A stretch of 64,000 nt of DNA from Octopus sinensis (GCF_006345805.1 NC_043000.1:121396001-121460000), one strand, 5' to 3'. Shown: positions 29,576 to 42,727, counted from the stretch's first letter. Program-made: numbers and translations. Notes: generated by a model not told the origin, from the letters alone.

Positions 29576-31729
29576 ATTTGAAATATGTGCCGATTACCAA
29601 ATTGGTTAAATGTTAAACCATTTGACCAATACAAATATAGAAGTGTAACAGAATGAGTGCCCGCGATTATTATCGGCATAATGATCGTTCCGAGATGCAA
29701 CAAAATGCTTCAAGTTTATTGAGACAATTGATTTGAATAAAGATTTTGGATAACACATATATAGCTTAGTCTGTGATTTCCTTGCTTCTTCCCAGAAACA
29801 TTGCAGGCACATGTGCGTGTAAACGTCTTGCTAATAAAAGTTATTCAAGACATACACATTGATATAGGCGTGATTCTCTTAGAATCACGCCTGTATCAAT
29901 GTATAGAATTGCTTGAGAAAGTAAAATGGCACGTGTATATAATGCCATTAAAACTAAACAGTATTGCTACATTATTTATTGGTTGATTTCAGCCTGACTT
30001 GAACTCAGACGAAACTATACGTTAATCTTTTGAGAAACACCGTCTTGCTAGTGGCTATGTCGTTGTATGTACAAGGACCTGTGTATTAGAAAACATCGCA
30101 TCTACGAATTAATAGTATTCTATTTAAAGGGTTAATTCAAGCAACTTATTGAATTGCACATATTATCTATATCTAGCATTGGAAGAAATAAAAATAATGT
30201 GATTGAATAAATCTCGAGATGTTTTAGGGGAATAGAGATAAGCCAGTGCAAAATATGAACCTTAAACATATTGAACCTTAGAAACACGCATGCTTATATA
30301 CAAACATACAACTGCGTGTTTATCTATTTGTGTGACGTTAGCCTTTAATATTACTTTAATATAGAAAGCTTGATTTTAAATATAAAAACATTATGTGATT
30401 TCGACAGGAACTCGCTAAGCAATGCCATTTGTTGCCATGGTACTGTCCATTAATGTCAATATTTCAAACCATCTTAATTCTATATCCAAATTTAACACAA
30501 CAAATTTCTTCTACATCAACTCAAGATCTTAAATTTTGACTTCTATTTTTATATTTTTTTCTCCATTGCTACTATCACTTTGCTATTCCTGCCACAATAT
30601 AGTCCTAATAACATTTACATTACCCAGATGACAGGATGTGAAGGCTTAGTGAAGTTGTCGTTGATTCATTTGGCCTGCAGTCGTAACCTCGTCACGAACG
30701 TCCGATTTTCCACGTCAGAAATAACATATCATTGAAAAGAATTTGTTCAGGAGAATGACCTTGAGTTCAGAACCACAGAGGAAACGATGTTGTGATGTTC
30801 ATGACTTCATGAGATATATAACCAAATAATGGGTTAGATAATGCTTCATTCATAGTCATTTCAAAAGTTCTATCTCGCAGATGATCGGTTAGCCATGTCA
30901 GATCACCAGGATAATACGTTCTAGTAATTTGTGTAGTTCTCCGCATTCTGAGATCAAATCCACCGAGAGCAACTTAGTCTTTTATACCGCCGAGGTCGAA
31001 AAAATAAAGTACACATGAAATTCTTTCATAGAATCGACTAACCCCACCGCCTGAAGTATTGCTGGCATTATGCCTAAAACAGAAAATATTCTCATCATTT
31101 CGCTGCATTAAAACTTATTGATTAATATTACATAATGTCATAAACTGTTATTCAACAAGAAAAAAATATTTTACCACAGAAATTATTTTTGCAGTATTTG
31201 GGATAGTGTCTGCATATAGGTTTCAATTTATTGGTACAGGCCAGAAATTTCCGGGGAGACAGAAAATCGATTACATTGAGCCCCGAGTTCTTATTTCATT
31301 GACACCAGCATGACGAAAGGCAAAGTGAACTTCAGTGGATTTTAAACGCAGAAAGTAAAGATGGATGAAATACCGCTCGAGATTTTACTCAGCCTTCTAC
31401 GAATCTGCCAACACACCGACCGCCTTATAGTGTTTACATATCGGTTTCAATTTTGACCATTGTTGAGTTTGTGCGTCGTCATTATGTAATCAATTAAGGT
31501 AAACGATATCTATTATTATATCCGATAATTTTTTTAAATTTCGATATTTGTACTCTCTGTGACAAATAATTTTCTTGTATTCTTCTTTATATACATTCTG
31601 TGCTGTAGTATATATAAGTCATGTCTTGAAATGCACCCAGAAAAATATAAACTTTTTCTATAATAAATGATTGTCACCCATTTATTTTAATCCACCAGAT
31701 TATATGGAGAAAAGAACAGTATTATTTTT

Positions 31730-31940
31730 TTCTACTCAAGGCACAAGGCCTGAAATTTTGGGCGAAGAGGCCCGGCGATTAAATTGATTCCTATACGCAG
31801 CTGGTACTTAATTTATCGATCCCGAAAGGATAAAAGGCAAAGTCGACCTCGGTGGAATTTGAACTCAGAACGCAAAGACAGACGAATCACCGCTAAGCAT
31901 TTCGCCCGGCGTGCTAACAGTTCTGCCAGATCGCCGTCTT
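31730..31940 (-). mobile_element. SINE family B
   Basis: Matches other family B copies; further diverged copies near 30890-31070 (+) and 31225-31430 (-). Confidence 0.85.
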
Positions 31941-32714
31941 AAAGAAAATTATTATTGTTAACAGATCGCCTACTCACTGTGGTGCAACATAATCGAATTC
32001 ATGGGAGAAAACAGAAAGAAGGAAAGTGTGGGATAGAGAGAGAGAGAAAGAGAGAGAATGAGAGAGGACTGAGGGAGAAGAGATAAAAAGAAAGAAAACG
32101 TAAGCAGACTATTGACACAAGCACCTGAATGGCAATGTTGCTGAGAGTAGGATATGAACACAGTACGCAAAAAGCCAAAATAAATGGCGTAATTCTATCC
32201 AAATTTTAATTTCTTCACTCACACACCATATTGTTCATGAAATCAAATACAACTTAAAAAAAAAACAACATAAAAACAAACCTGAATTAAAATTCCAATA
32301 ATTTAAGAAAAACAGTCAGTTGTCGAAAAACATTGGAATGACTGATTTCAATTCATTTGGAATTTAGTTTCGCACTTATAACTTCTGGTCCAGTTACATC
32401 AAACGGACGTCGATAACGACAACTCCCCAACACCTAACCCACAACTCCTATCTCCCCTCAAAAAAAGAAAATAAATAAAGTGATATATAAGTATTAAAGA
32501 ACGTATTTCTTCATAGAATTCTTTGGCAAGACAAAGATAAATTGTAAAGAATGGAAGGCTGATTAAATAATATACTGGATGTCATTTTCATGAGTGGCAT
32601 TTTTTAATTTACCTTTCATGAAAGTTGATGTAAATCAATGAGATAATGTTTTTTTTTTTATTTGCTTCCACTTAGGTCAAAATGGTGTGGTTGTATCGTT
32701 TGAAGTTTGCTCCC

Positions 32715-33450
32715 CAAAAACATCGTTCCGGGTTCAACCCCATCTATGAAAGCTTGAGCAATATTTTCGACTATAGCCTCGAACTGACTAAAGCCTTGCG
32801 AGTGGATTTGGTAGACAGCAACGGAAAGACATTAAGGCGGCGAGCTGGCAGAAACGTTAGCACACCGGACGAAATGCTTAGTGGTATTTTGTCTGCTGCT
32901 ACGTTCTGAGTTCAAATTCTGCCGAGGTCGACTTAGCCTTTCATCGATTAAATAAGTACCAGTTACGAACTGGGGTCGATACAATCGACTTAAACCGTTT
33001 GTCTGTCCCTGTTTGTCCTCTATGTGTTTAGCCCCTTGTGGGTAGTAAAGAAATAGGTATTTCACCTGCCGCTAAATTCTGAGTCCAAATTCCGCTGAGG
33101 TCCACTTTGCCTTTCATCCTTTCGGGCTCGATTAAATAAGTACCACTTATGCACTGGGGTCGATATAATCGATTTAATCTATTTGTCCATTTTTGTTCTC
33201 TCTGTGTGTAGTCCCCTGTGGGCAGTAAAGAAATATGAAACGGAAAGACGTCAGTCGTATTCATATAAATCTACGTGTATTTTTGCTTCAGTACTTGTGC
33301 CTACCACCGCTTGACAAAGGTTGCTGGTATGTTTACGTCCCCATAACTTAGCTGCTTAACCAAAGATAACGATAGAATAAATATCAGGCTTTAACAGAAA
33401 ATTGCTGGGGTCGAGTCGATCAACCGAAAGCCCTTCAAGACGATGCCCTA
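32715..33450 (+). mobile_element. SINE A interrupted by a dimeric SINE B (32836-33238) with an 11-bp TSD
   Basis: aacggaaagac at 32820-32830 and 33239-33249; the SINE A body resumes after the second copy. Confidence 0.85.
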
Positions 33451-33463
33451 AATTTGGACCTAA

Positions 33464-33562
33464 AGGGTTCGATTTCGGAGAGGGAGCATGGGAAACGGTT
33501 ACCACATCCAAGGAAGTGTACTCATTCCGATCGAGGCCCCGCGATCGGAATGAGTACACTTT
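33464..33562 (+). pseudogene. 18S rRNA-derived fragment chimera with a 20-bp perfect hairpin
   Basis: 33464-33515 matches the conserved 18S segment AGGGTTCGATTCCGGAGAGGGAGCATGAGAAACGGCTACCACATCCAAGGAA with about 3 mismatches (from memory). 33531-33562 matches the downstream 18S segment TCGAGGCCCC...GGAATGAGTACACTTT. 33514-33533 is its inverted copy. Confidence 0.85.
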
Positions 33563-34300
33563 TGCATGGACGCATACTAATAAATGAAACATGTAAAATC
33601 AAAAGATATGTCGTAGTTGTGCATATATAGAATTAAAACTGAAAGATAGTGGTGATATACAGTTTTAACTATGCATTGATTCACATTTAACAATAATTAC
33701 ATTCCATTCTTCCTCTACCAGTCAGGAAAATAAGAATACCACTAATTTACAGAATATTGTGTTATTAAATGTAGCTCTGTTTCTGGGTATTTGATCAAAC
33801 ATATGTTGTTCCCATGCTCAATTCAAATATATTTCAACTATTTAAAATGTAGGTATCTTGCATGCCATAAATTGGAAATTAACAGGTAATGTGTATTCCA
33901 GAAAATGGTTAATGGTTAATATGCAGCAAATTTAGGGACGGGTGAAATATTTTCAAACAATAACCGAGCTATCAAAGCTCGAATATTAATATGAATAACT
34001 GGTTACAAGTAACAATTACTGAACATTAAATATAGTTTCAATGTGACAATTTCATGGATAAATAATGTGATATTATAATAATGTATTCCGTAGGGAAAAA
34101 CAGTAAAACATAATAAGGCTTAATGATGGTGTGCCCCTTCGTTTTTCAGACATAATATATGCACAGAAGGAATAAAGGAAGACAACTAGACATACAAACA
34201 CATTAGCGGTTAATGTATATATACGAGTTTTTGCTTAGCATGCATACATACTTAGAAACATACATACATAAATAAATACGTACGTATATACGTACATACA

Positions 34301-34377
<77 letters not shown>

Positions 34378-34488
34378 GTATGTATATGTATGTATGCATG
34401 TATGTATATAAATATATATAATATATATATGTATATATATATATATATGTATGTATGTATGTATATAAATATATATAAATAAATATAA

Positions 34489-34537
<49 letters not shown>

Positions 34538-34544
34538 CATATAT

Positions 34545-34841
34545 ATTCTTTAAAGAGATAGAGTAAAGAATTATTAATTTAATAATTAATAATTTTACCA
34601 AGTAGTTCGGTATGGAAAAAAAAAAACAATATCGGTAAAATCTTATACAAAAAGTTTTTTTTTTTCATAATTATAAGCATAATTAAGTGATCAGCAAAAG
34701 TTGCTTCACCACAGACCGAAATTTAGAAATAGCAATCAAACAACTGTCTGTGGAGATATATTGTAGTAGAATATTTAGTGGTTTGACTGCTATTTCTAAA
34801 TTTCGGTACGTGATGAAGCAACTTATGATGATCCCTTAATT
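34545..34841. mobile_element. Diverged fold-back element (arms 34681-34741 / 34781-34841, left tail, TA flanks)
   Basis: Imperfect inverted repeat; sequence related to 58010-58080 and 58520-58625. Confidence 0.7.
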
Positions 34842-34845
34842 GTAT

Positions 34846-34881
<36 letters not shown>

Positions 34882-34885
34882 ATAT

Positions 34886-35127
34886 AAATATTAGGGAATA
34901 AATCCAAATTTACAGGGAAAAAATCAGATTAGGATTAAATCGATTTTATAGTAAAATATTATAAAATATTATTCGAGACAAAACCACTATTTTGCAAAAC
35001 AAACAAGGAAAGACTTAATCAATACATAAATTTAATAAATTGACTATTTATTAAAATTTATGTATTGATTAAGTCTTTCCTTGTTTGTTTTGCAAAATAG
35101 TGGTTTTGTCTCGAATAATATTTTATA
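34886..35127. mobile_element. Fold-back element (arms 34960-35040 / 35046-35127, 5-nt loop, about 75-bp left tail, TA flanks)
   Basis: Arms are reverse complements except one homopolymer indel. Confidence 0.88.
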
Positions 35128-35199
35128 TATATATATATATATTTCTATAGACATGTATATATATACATATGTATGTACGTATGTATGTATTCTTTCATT

Positions 35200-35410
35200 G
35201 TGTTATTCTTTTGCTTGTTTCAGTCCTTTTACTGCAGCCATGATGGAGCACCGCCTGAAAAGGTTTTAGTCGAATATATTGACACCAGGAATTATACTTT
35301 CTAAGCCCAGTAGTTATTCTATCGGTTTCTTTTACTGAACAGCTAGGTTGCTGGCACATAAGCACACCACCATCGGTTGTCAAAAGAGGGTGAGGGGACA
35401 AACGCAAACA
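35200..35410 (-). mobile_element. SINE family A 3' half
   Basis: Tail ggcggtgctccatcatggctgcagtaaaaggactgaaacaagcaaaagaa on the minus strand. Confidence 0.8.
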
Positions 35411-35581
35411 CAAACGAACATACGCACACGCATACATACATATACATGCATTTATAGACATATGTTAATGATATATATATGTATATAAATATATATATAT
35501 ATATATATACATATTTACATACGTATATACACATATACATTTAGACCATACACACGCATGTATAAATAGTATATATATATA

Positions 35582-35612
<31 letters not shown>

Positions 35613-35655
35613 GTATATCTATACATACATATATGTGTGTATATATATATATATA

Positions 35656-35696
<41 letters not shown>

Positions 35697-35758
35697 TACC
35701 TGCATATCATCTCCAAACCTTCCAATATATATATATATATATCTATATATATATATAT

Positions 35759-36152
35759 TAGGCGTAGGAGTGGCTGTGTTGTAAGGAGCTTGTTTAACAA
35801 CCACATGTTTCCTAGTTCAGTCCCACTGCGTGGCACCTCGGGCTCCTACTATAGCCTCGGGCCGACCAAAGCCATTTGAGTGGATTTGGTAGACGGAAAC
35901 TGAAAGAACCCCGTCGTATATATGCATATATATATGTATATGTGTGTATATATTTGTGTGTTTGCGTCTGTCCCCCCAACATCGCTTGAAAACCGATGGT
36001 GGTGTGTTTATGTCCCCGTTAAATAGCGGATCGGCAAAAGAGACTGATAGATTAAGTACTAGGCATCCAAAGAATAAGTCCTCCGGTCGATTTCCTCGAC
36101 TAAAGGCAGTGCTCCAGCATGAGCACAATCAAATAACTCGAACAAGTAAAAG
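35759..36152 (+). mobile_element. Full-length SINE family A
   Basis: A box tggctgtgttg, B box agttcagtccc, internal TA/TG run, LINE-like tail. Confidence 0.9.
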
Positions 36153-36162
36153 AGAATAGGAG

Positions 36163-36193
<31 letters not shown>

Positions 36194-36637
36194 GTGTGTG
36201 TGTGTGTGTGAATTGGAATGTTATAAATAATTACCATATACTCACTGAACGTTATATATAAAACATTAGCTACAATTATTTGAATTTGCATGCAGTTTTA
36301 CATTTGACATACATAGTGACATTGTAATTAGTATGTTTGTTTTGCCGAGCAGTAATTAGATGCAACACCTGAATTTAATCAAGGAAAATTTCTTTATATA
36401 TTTCTAGAGTTTTGCTTCTGTTATTGTTTTCTTTTGTAATTTATTTCTAATAGCTTTTCTTGCAAAATTCCTAAATGATGAAACATGCAACATCCGTATG
36501 ATATCTTAAAATCAATAAAATTCGCATGAGCGAATACATTCGCACATACACACAGGGATATGCAAGAGCATATGTAAAACAGGATCTTCCCATCTCAAAC
36601 ATCAAATTTTTAAGACAGCTTAGTTATATAGTTGACC

Positions 36638-36672
<35 letters not shown>

Positions 36673-36820
36673 GTGTGTGTGTGTATATATCGATATATAA
36701 TTATATATATATACATGTATAAAAAATAAACATAGTTTTTCAATTACATATCTATATATCTATACAGTTAGATATCTACACATTACAGAAATTGAATATA
36801 TATATATATATATATTTTAT

Positions 36821-38245
36821 GACCCACAAACTCTCCTGGAGACCCACAAACTCCTCCTGGAGACACACAAATTCCTCTTGGAGACCCACAAACTTCTAAA
36901 TGCAAATGAGCATGGCTTTCGTTGTGGCAGGGACTGTCTAACACAGCTCTTACACCACATTGAAGATGTACTCAAAACCTTGGGAACAGGTTCGAACTCT
37001 GACATCATATATCTTGACTTCAGTAAAGCGTTCGACAGGGTAGACCATAATATCCTACTCTCAAAATTGGCAAATGTTGGAATCCGTGGAAAAGTTCTAC
37101 ACTGGATTAAGTATTTCCTGACGAATAGAACACAACATGTTGTAGTTGATGGAGTCCACTCAAGCCCAGCAAAAGTCACCATCGGTGTCCCGCAGGGGAC
37201 TGTCTTGGGTCCGCTACTCTTCATAATTTACATAAACGACCTTTCCAGTGTCGTACATTACTGCAAGTGAAAATATTTGCTGATGACACTAAGCTCCAGC
37301 AAATCGTCAATGAAGAAGCAGACCGAACTCAACTCCAGTCTGATCTATATGCTGTGAATCAATGGGCAGACTGAAACAAAATGCAACTGAACGAGGGAAA
37401 ATTTGAGCTGATGCATTTTGGAAGAAATTCCTCACGAAAACAGCCATACTCTCTTCCTTCAGGAAAACCGCTCACAGTCTCTAACAATATCAGAGACCTG
37501 GGTGTAATTGTTGATGACATCTCAGTTGGAGTGCACACATCAACAAGAAGGTCGATATAGCTCGTAGGATGAGTTCCTGGATCTTAAGAACATTCCGGTC
37601 CAGAGAACATACCACTTTTCTCCTCCTTTGTACGGCCACACCTCGAATACTGCTACTCACTGTGGTCTCCCCATACAAGACAAAACACCTCGAGGATTGA
37701 GTCAACCCAGAGGGCACTCACTAAACGAATTGAAGGCATGGCTGCTCTCGATTATTGGGATCGCCTTAAAGCCTTGAAACTTTACTCTCTCCAGCGTCGC
37801 CGTGAGCGGTACATCATTTGTACGATGTGGAGAATATACCGCCAAATTTGCCCAAACGACCTTAACATTAGCTTCAAGGTTCATCCAAGACTGGGACCAC
37901 GGGCCATACGTCCCCTGCCCAATTCAAGATCACAGCATACATGTACACTGTAACATAATTTCTTTTTCTCAACAGGCCCTGTCCTATTTAACATTGCCCC
38001 GAAAGAGATCAAAGAGGAAAAGGATCTCATCAACTTTAAACGGAGTCTGGATAGATTCCTTCAAAGAATACCAGATAAGCCACCCATAAATGGATACAAC
38101 TCACCCAACAAGAACTCACTACTTGAATGGACCATAAACAAAACTTGACTTAAACAGGATTCGAATAATCCTATCAGGTGGTGCTATTAAGTTAGACATG
38201 GCCTGGACCAATCTTTGGTCGAAACATATCTAAGTTTATCTAAGG
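36821..38245 (+). mobile_element. 5'-truncated RT LINE, frameshifted
   Basis: HGFRCGRDCLTQLL...YLDFSKAFDRVDH...GVPQGTVLGPLLF, FADD after a frameshift, LKLYSLQRRRERY, IPDKPPINGY...NSL; 3' UTR ggtggtgc...catggcc...gaaac. Confidence 0.93.
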
Positions 38246-38270
38246 TTACATATAACATATAATATATAAA

Positions 38271-38311
<41 letters not shown>

Positions 38312-38540
38312 ATAGAAATATTAAAATTACTAAGTCTCTCTAAAAGAGAACAGCGGCAGCGTTCCCGGAAAATAATAGTTATCGCCATACTAATATGGCA
38401 TTCTTATAAAAATAAGAATAAAGCTGTCCGCTTATTAGCTCCATGAGGCCATCGCCTTAAGTTAGCTATTTGATACACAAACTGTATCCATATAACCTTC
38501 GAACAAGGGAGGTCAGTCGCTCCACACTACTTGACCGGCA

Positions 38541-38582
38541 GCTACAGACGCGTTTCGGGGTATTGCCCCTTTTCAATGCAGC
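38541..38582 (-). ncRNA. Minimal type I hammerhead, U3:A8 variant (left arm)
   Basis: GCUGCA-UUGAAAA-GGGG caaua CCCC-GAAA-CGCG-UC^-UGUAGC; 6-bp stem I, palindromic stem III ACGCGU, GUC triplet. Confidence 0.8.
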
Positions 38583-38785
38583 GTAGCCAACCAGTAGGTG
38601 TCGCTTCTGACAATCTCTGTTCGATGGTTTTATTTACCTAGTTTCGGTGGAATACATCCACTTGTTTTCAATAATATTGTTTTAATATTTCTATTATTGA
38701 AAACAAGTGGATGTATTCCACCGAAACTAGGTAAATAAAACCATCGAACAGAGATTGTCAGAAGCGACACCTACTGGCTGGCTAC

Positions 38786-38828
38786 GCTGCATTGAAAAAG
38801 GGGCAATACCCCGAAACGCGTCTGTAGC
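38786..38828 (+). ncRNA. Minimal type I hammerhead, U3:A8 variant (right arm, one extra A)
   Basis: Mirror copy of 38541-38582. Confidence 0.75.
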
Positions 38829-39013
38829 TGCCGGCCAAGTAGTGTGGAGCGACTGACCTCCCTTGTTCGAAGGTTATATGGATACAGTTTGTGTATCAAA
38901 TAGCTAACTTAAGGCGATGGCCTCATGGAGCTAATAAGCGGACAGCTTTATTCTTATTTTTATAAGAATGCCATATTAGTATGGCGATAACTATTATATA
39001 TATTATATATATA

Positions 39014-39115
<102 letters not shown>

Positions 39116-39138
39116 ATATATATAGATAGATAGATACA

Positions 39139-40095
39139 GAACCCGGAGATGTTGCACACCTGCAGCAGGAGTTAGACTCTATCTACAGATGGGCTGAGGA
39201 TAATAATATGCAGCTTCATGCTGAAAAATTCCAGGCCCTGCGCTACCATTATCTAATACTAAATATTCATCTTACAGGATACACCGGTCCACAGGGAATT
39301 TCAGTCCCGGCCCCTAATTCTGTGGGAGACCTGGGTATGGACATGAATGATGATACCTCTTTCCAAGTGCACATTACCAGGATGGAGACAAAGTGCAGAC
39401 GACTGGCTGGATGGATCCTAAGAACATTCAGAACCAGAAATAAGGAAACCATGATTGTCCTCTGGCGGACATTTGTCCTCAGCCGCCCGGATTACTGCTC
39501 ACATCTATGGTCACCCACCAGTGTGAAATTAAGAGCGGACCTTGAAGCAATCCAGAGAAGATTCACAAAGAAGATCGTCTCTTTGCAAAAGCTCAGCTAC
39601 TGGGAAAGGTTGAAACAGCTAAGACTCTATTCCCTGGAGAGAAGACGAGAGAGTTATGCAGTAATATATTGTCTGGAAGATCCTGGAAGGAATTGTGGCA
39701 AATTTTGGCATTGTAAGCTACACCAATGCTAGAACGGTACGACACTGCATAGTGCCAAAGATCCAAGCAATGCCATCACGCTTCAGGACCAGCTACTGCA
39801 ACAGCCTGGGTTTCAAGGGCCCACAGCTTTTTAATATTCTCCCAAAGAGTCTGAGCATCTTGCACAAAGTAGATGTAGCGGTTTTTAAATCAAAGCTGGA
39901 CCTCTTGTTGTCGAGAGTCCCAGATGAAACTACCTCACGGCAAGAGGTGCAAATGAGAGTAGCTATATCAAACTCCATATTTCAGCAAGTGCCACATATT
40001 AGAGGAGGCTCTTCGTAATAACAGTGTAGCACAAAACCGCGGTGCATCAGCATGGCCGCAGCTCTGACCTGAAACAAGAAAAACGAAAGATGAAA
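39139..40095 (+). mobile_element. 5'-truncated LINE, same group as 18041-20668
   Basis: MQLHAEKFQAL...WILRTFRTR...DYCSHLWSP...LRLYSLERRRE...PDETTSRQEVQMRVAISNS; SINE-like tail at 40039-40092. Confidence 0.93.
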
Positions 40096-40125
40096 TATAG
40101 ATATATATATAATATATATAATATA

Positions 40126-40178
<53 letters not shown>

Positions 40179-40189
40179 ATATATATATG

Positions 40190-40490
40190 TAAGTAGATAA
40201 ATGAATTATCTTATTACGGATAATTCGAAAGATAACCGATACCTGGGTAGCAAATACCTTGTAGATAAATAGACATTATTTATCATTATCACTATGGGCT
40301 CCTCGTGAGCAGTCATCTAAAAACTTGTGTGCATTTTGTTGGCGAAAGAAGTTCCTGGATTTTCCTGAAGAGAAAGGTGCATAATGGACTCCTTATTCAT
40401 TCGGAATTAGGGATTTTGCAGACTTCGAAACCTATGTCGAAAATAAAGGAATTTTGTTAAATCTTCGTTCACCTCCATTCTTTCTATACT
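40190..40490 (+). mobile_element. Probable PLE terminal fragment between two (TA)n arrays
   Basis: About 300-bp unique island containing a complete hammerhead. Confidence 0.55.
40359..40444 (+). ncRNA. Type I hammerhead ribozyme (canonical core, long stem II)
   Basis: AUUUUC-CUGAAGA(40365-71)-GAA..UGCA...UGCA..UUC-GAAA(40427-30)-C cuau G-UC^-GAAAAU; 6-bp stem I, GUC triplet. Confidence 0.8.
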
Positions 40491-40519
40491 TATATTATAT
40501 ATATATATATATATAATAT

Positions 40520-40572
<53 letters not shown>

Positions 40573-40605
40573 ATATATATATTTATGTGTGTGTGTGTAT
40601 AATTC

Positions 40606-40648
<43 letters not shown>

Positions 40649-40681
40649 AATGTACGCATACATACACAACAGACACACACT

Positions 40682-40825
40682 TGGGAGTGCTGAAAAATTC
40701 CGGATTATAGGAATGTCGAGAGGGGCCAGGATGGAGGCCCAACGTTCCGAGTTCTTTTAAAGAGCTCAGAAAATCTGAAAGATCACTAAAATTAGCCTGT
40801 TAATCTGAGTAGGGTATATGTTGTA
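40682..40825 (+). mobile_element. Possible mariner relic
   Basis: Start resembles a mariner TIR (gtgctgaaaa..tcc) and the end resembles a transposase C-terminus (...gtatatgttg); heavily decayed. Confidence 0.35.
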
Positions 40826-40916
40826 TATTATAATTTTTAACTGATCGTCGTGCATATACTTTTACTACTTTTAGCCAAAGCTAGGAACTATTCAGAACTC
40901 CCCTTATATATATATA

Positions 40917-41011
<95 letters not shown>

Positions 41012-41134
41012 GTATATATATATATGTATGGTATGTATGTATGTATGTATGTATGTATGTATGTATATGTGTATATATATATATATATGTATGTATGTAT
41101 ACACACGCGCACATATATATATATATATATATTT

Positions 41135-41482
41135 TTCTCTGCTATAGCATGTTTCAGGCATTTGACTGCCGTCATTCTGGAGCACCGGCTTTATTCGAAC
41201 AAATTGAGCCCACCATTTATTCTTTGTAATCTGAGTGCTTATTCTATCGGTGTCCTTTGCCGAACTGCTATTTTACAGGGACAGTCACAGATACACAAAC
41301 ACATAAATTTAATATATTTATGCGACAGGCTTCTTTCATATTCCATCTACCAAATCCACTCACTCGGCTTTGTTCGGCTGGAGGCTAGAGTAACATTTGC
41401 CCAAGCTGCCATGCAGCAGGACTGAACGCAGAACCATGTATCTGGGAGCAAGGCGCTTACCATACAGCCACTACTGCGCCTA
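41135..41482 (-). mobile_element. SINE family A (diverged)
   Basis: Head, central ggatttggtagatggaa and tail are all recognisable. Confidence 0.8.
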
Positions 41483-42695
41483 TATGCGTGTGTTTGTATG
41501 TGTCTGTTGTATGTGTGTGTGTGTGACTGTGTATGTGTGTTTCTGAGCGTGTGTAGTTGCATGTGTTCTTATATGTGTGCATGTGTATGCTTAACAACTC
41601 AGCATGATGGAATATGTCACAATTTCGCCTTGTAATGAGGAGGCCTTTCTCGCTGCGTTTCATTTTGTTTCTTCAATTCGATTTGTGTTTGTTGGGTATA
41701 TGTCGGTAATGGAAATATGCACAGTACCATAAGCAATAAATTTTAGTTGCGTTCATAATCACGCACATTACAGACACATAACAAACACACACATGACAGA
41801 CGCATACGCCCACTCATAGTTATTATACTATCTACAAAGCTGTGAGAATATAAATTAATATAATATAATTATATAATTAACATAAGTTACATGAACAAAA
41901 GTAATATAATTATGAGACAATGACGTGGAGGCATACAAATGAGACACGCAACGTAAGGAAGAGTAAAAGTATAAAGGGAAAAAATTAAAACGGAAGAAAT
42001 GTATAGCGAAAATATAGGCAACAAAGAGCGAATTATCTAACCTCTTGTTTCATAGATATTCACAAAGACACGAACAAGAAATAAAGGAAGAGTAGAAAAA
42101 TCACGAAGCAGAATTTAACAATTCTATTTCCATGGTAGTCCTAGTCTGTAATAGATTCAGTATCAAATATAATTCGTTGTTTTTCTCTTGATTAACTGGT
42201 TACAATTTTCTTATTGATGAAGGTTACAATCCGAAACGTTTCATTCATTTCTGTATCTACATCTGCATATTTACTTTCATAGGAAGCATAATTTTGATGT
42301 TAGTGTTTCTGTTCATATTTTTAGTTTTTCTACTGCGTGTTTCGATTGGTTGACACAATACATAATTTATTTCTTTGCCCCCTCACGTTGAGATATGAAG
42401 ATGTCCCGCAACTTAGTTTCTGGTAAGTATTCCATATTTTCTTTACGCAGTATATTTGGTTTGCTAAATTTATACAGATAAAAGGTCATAGTCCCGATTA
42501 TCTGGCTAGTTGTTGTGCACCTTCAATAATTAAATGGCTCGCTAAGAATACCTGAAATTCTAATATATTAATTCACTGGTGTCAATTGACAACATCTACA
42601 AAGGTATGTATGGGTGTGTGTATGTGAGGGCTTGAGTGCGTACGTGCACATGCATGCGCACACACACACATACACATACATATATACACACACGC

Positions 42696-42727
<32 letters not shown>

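Larger units (their letters stand above)
38310..38997. mobile_element. Fold-back element: about 305-bp arms (38372-38676 / 38692-38997), 15-nt loop, about 60-bp left tail, TA flanks
   Basis: I found 2 substitutions and 1 indel between the arms; one hammerhead per arm. Confidence 0.93.

Noticed and set aside
36821-36900. Regular 20-21-bp repeats resembling a CRISPR array
   Set aside because: No spacers, eukaryotic context, and the unit is LINE coding sequence.
42214-42245. ttgatgaaggttacaatccgaaacgtt
   Set aside because: C3 changed without compensation, weak stem II and no stem I; a decayed PLE motif at best.
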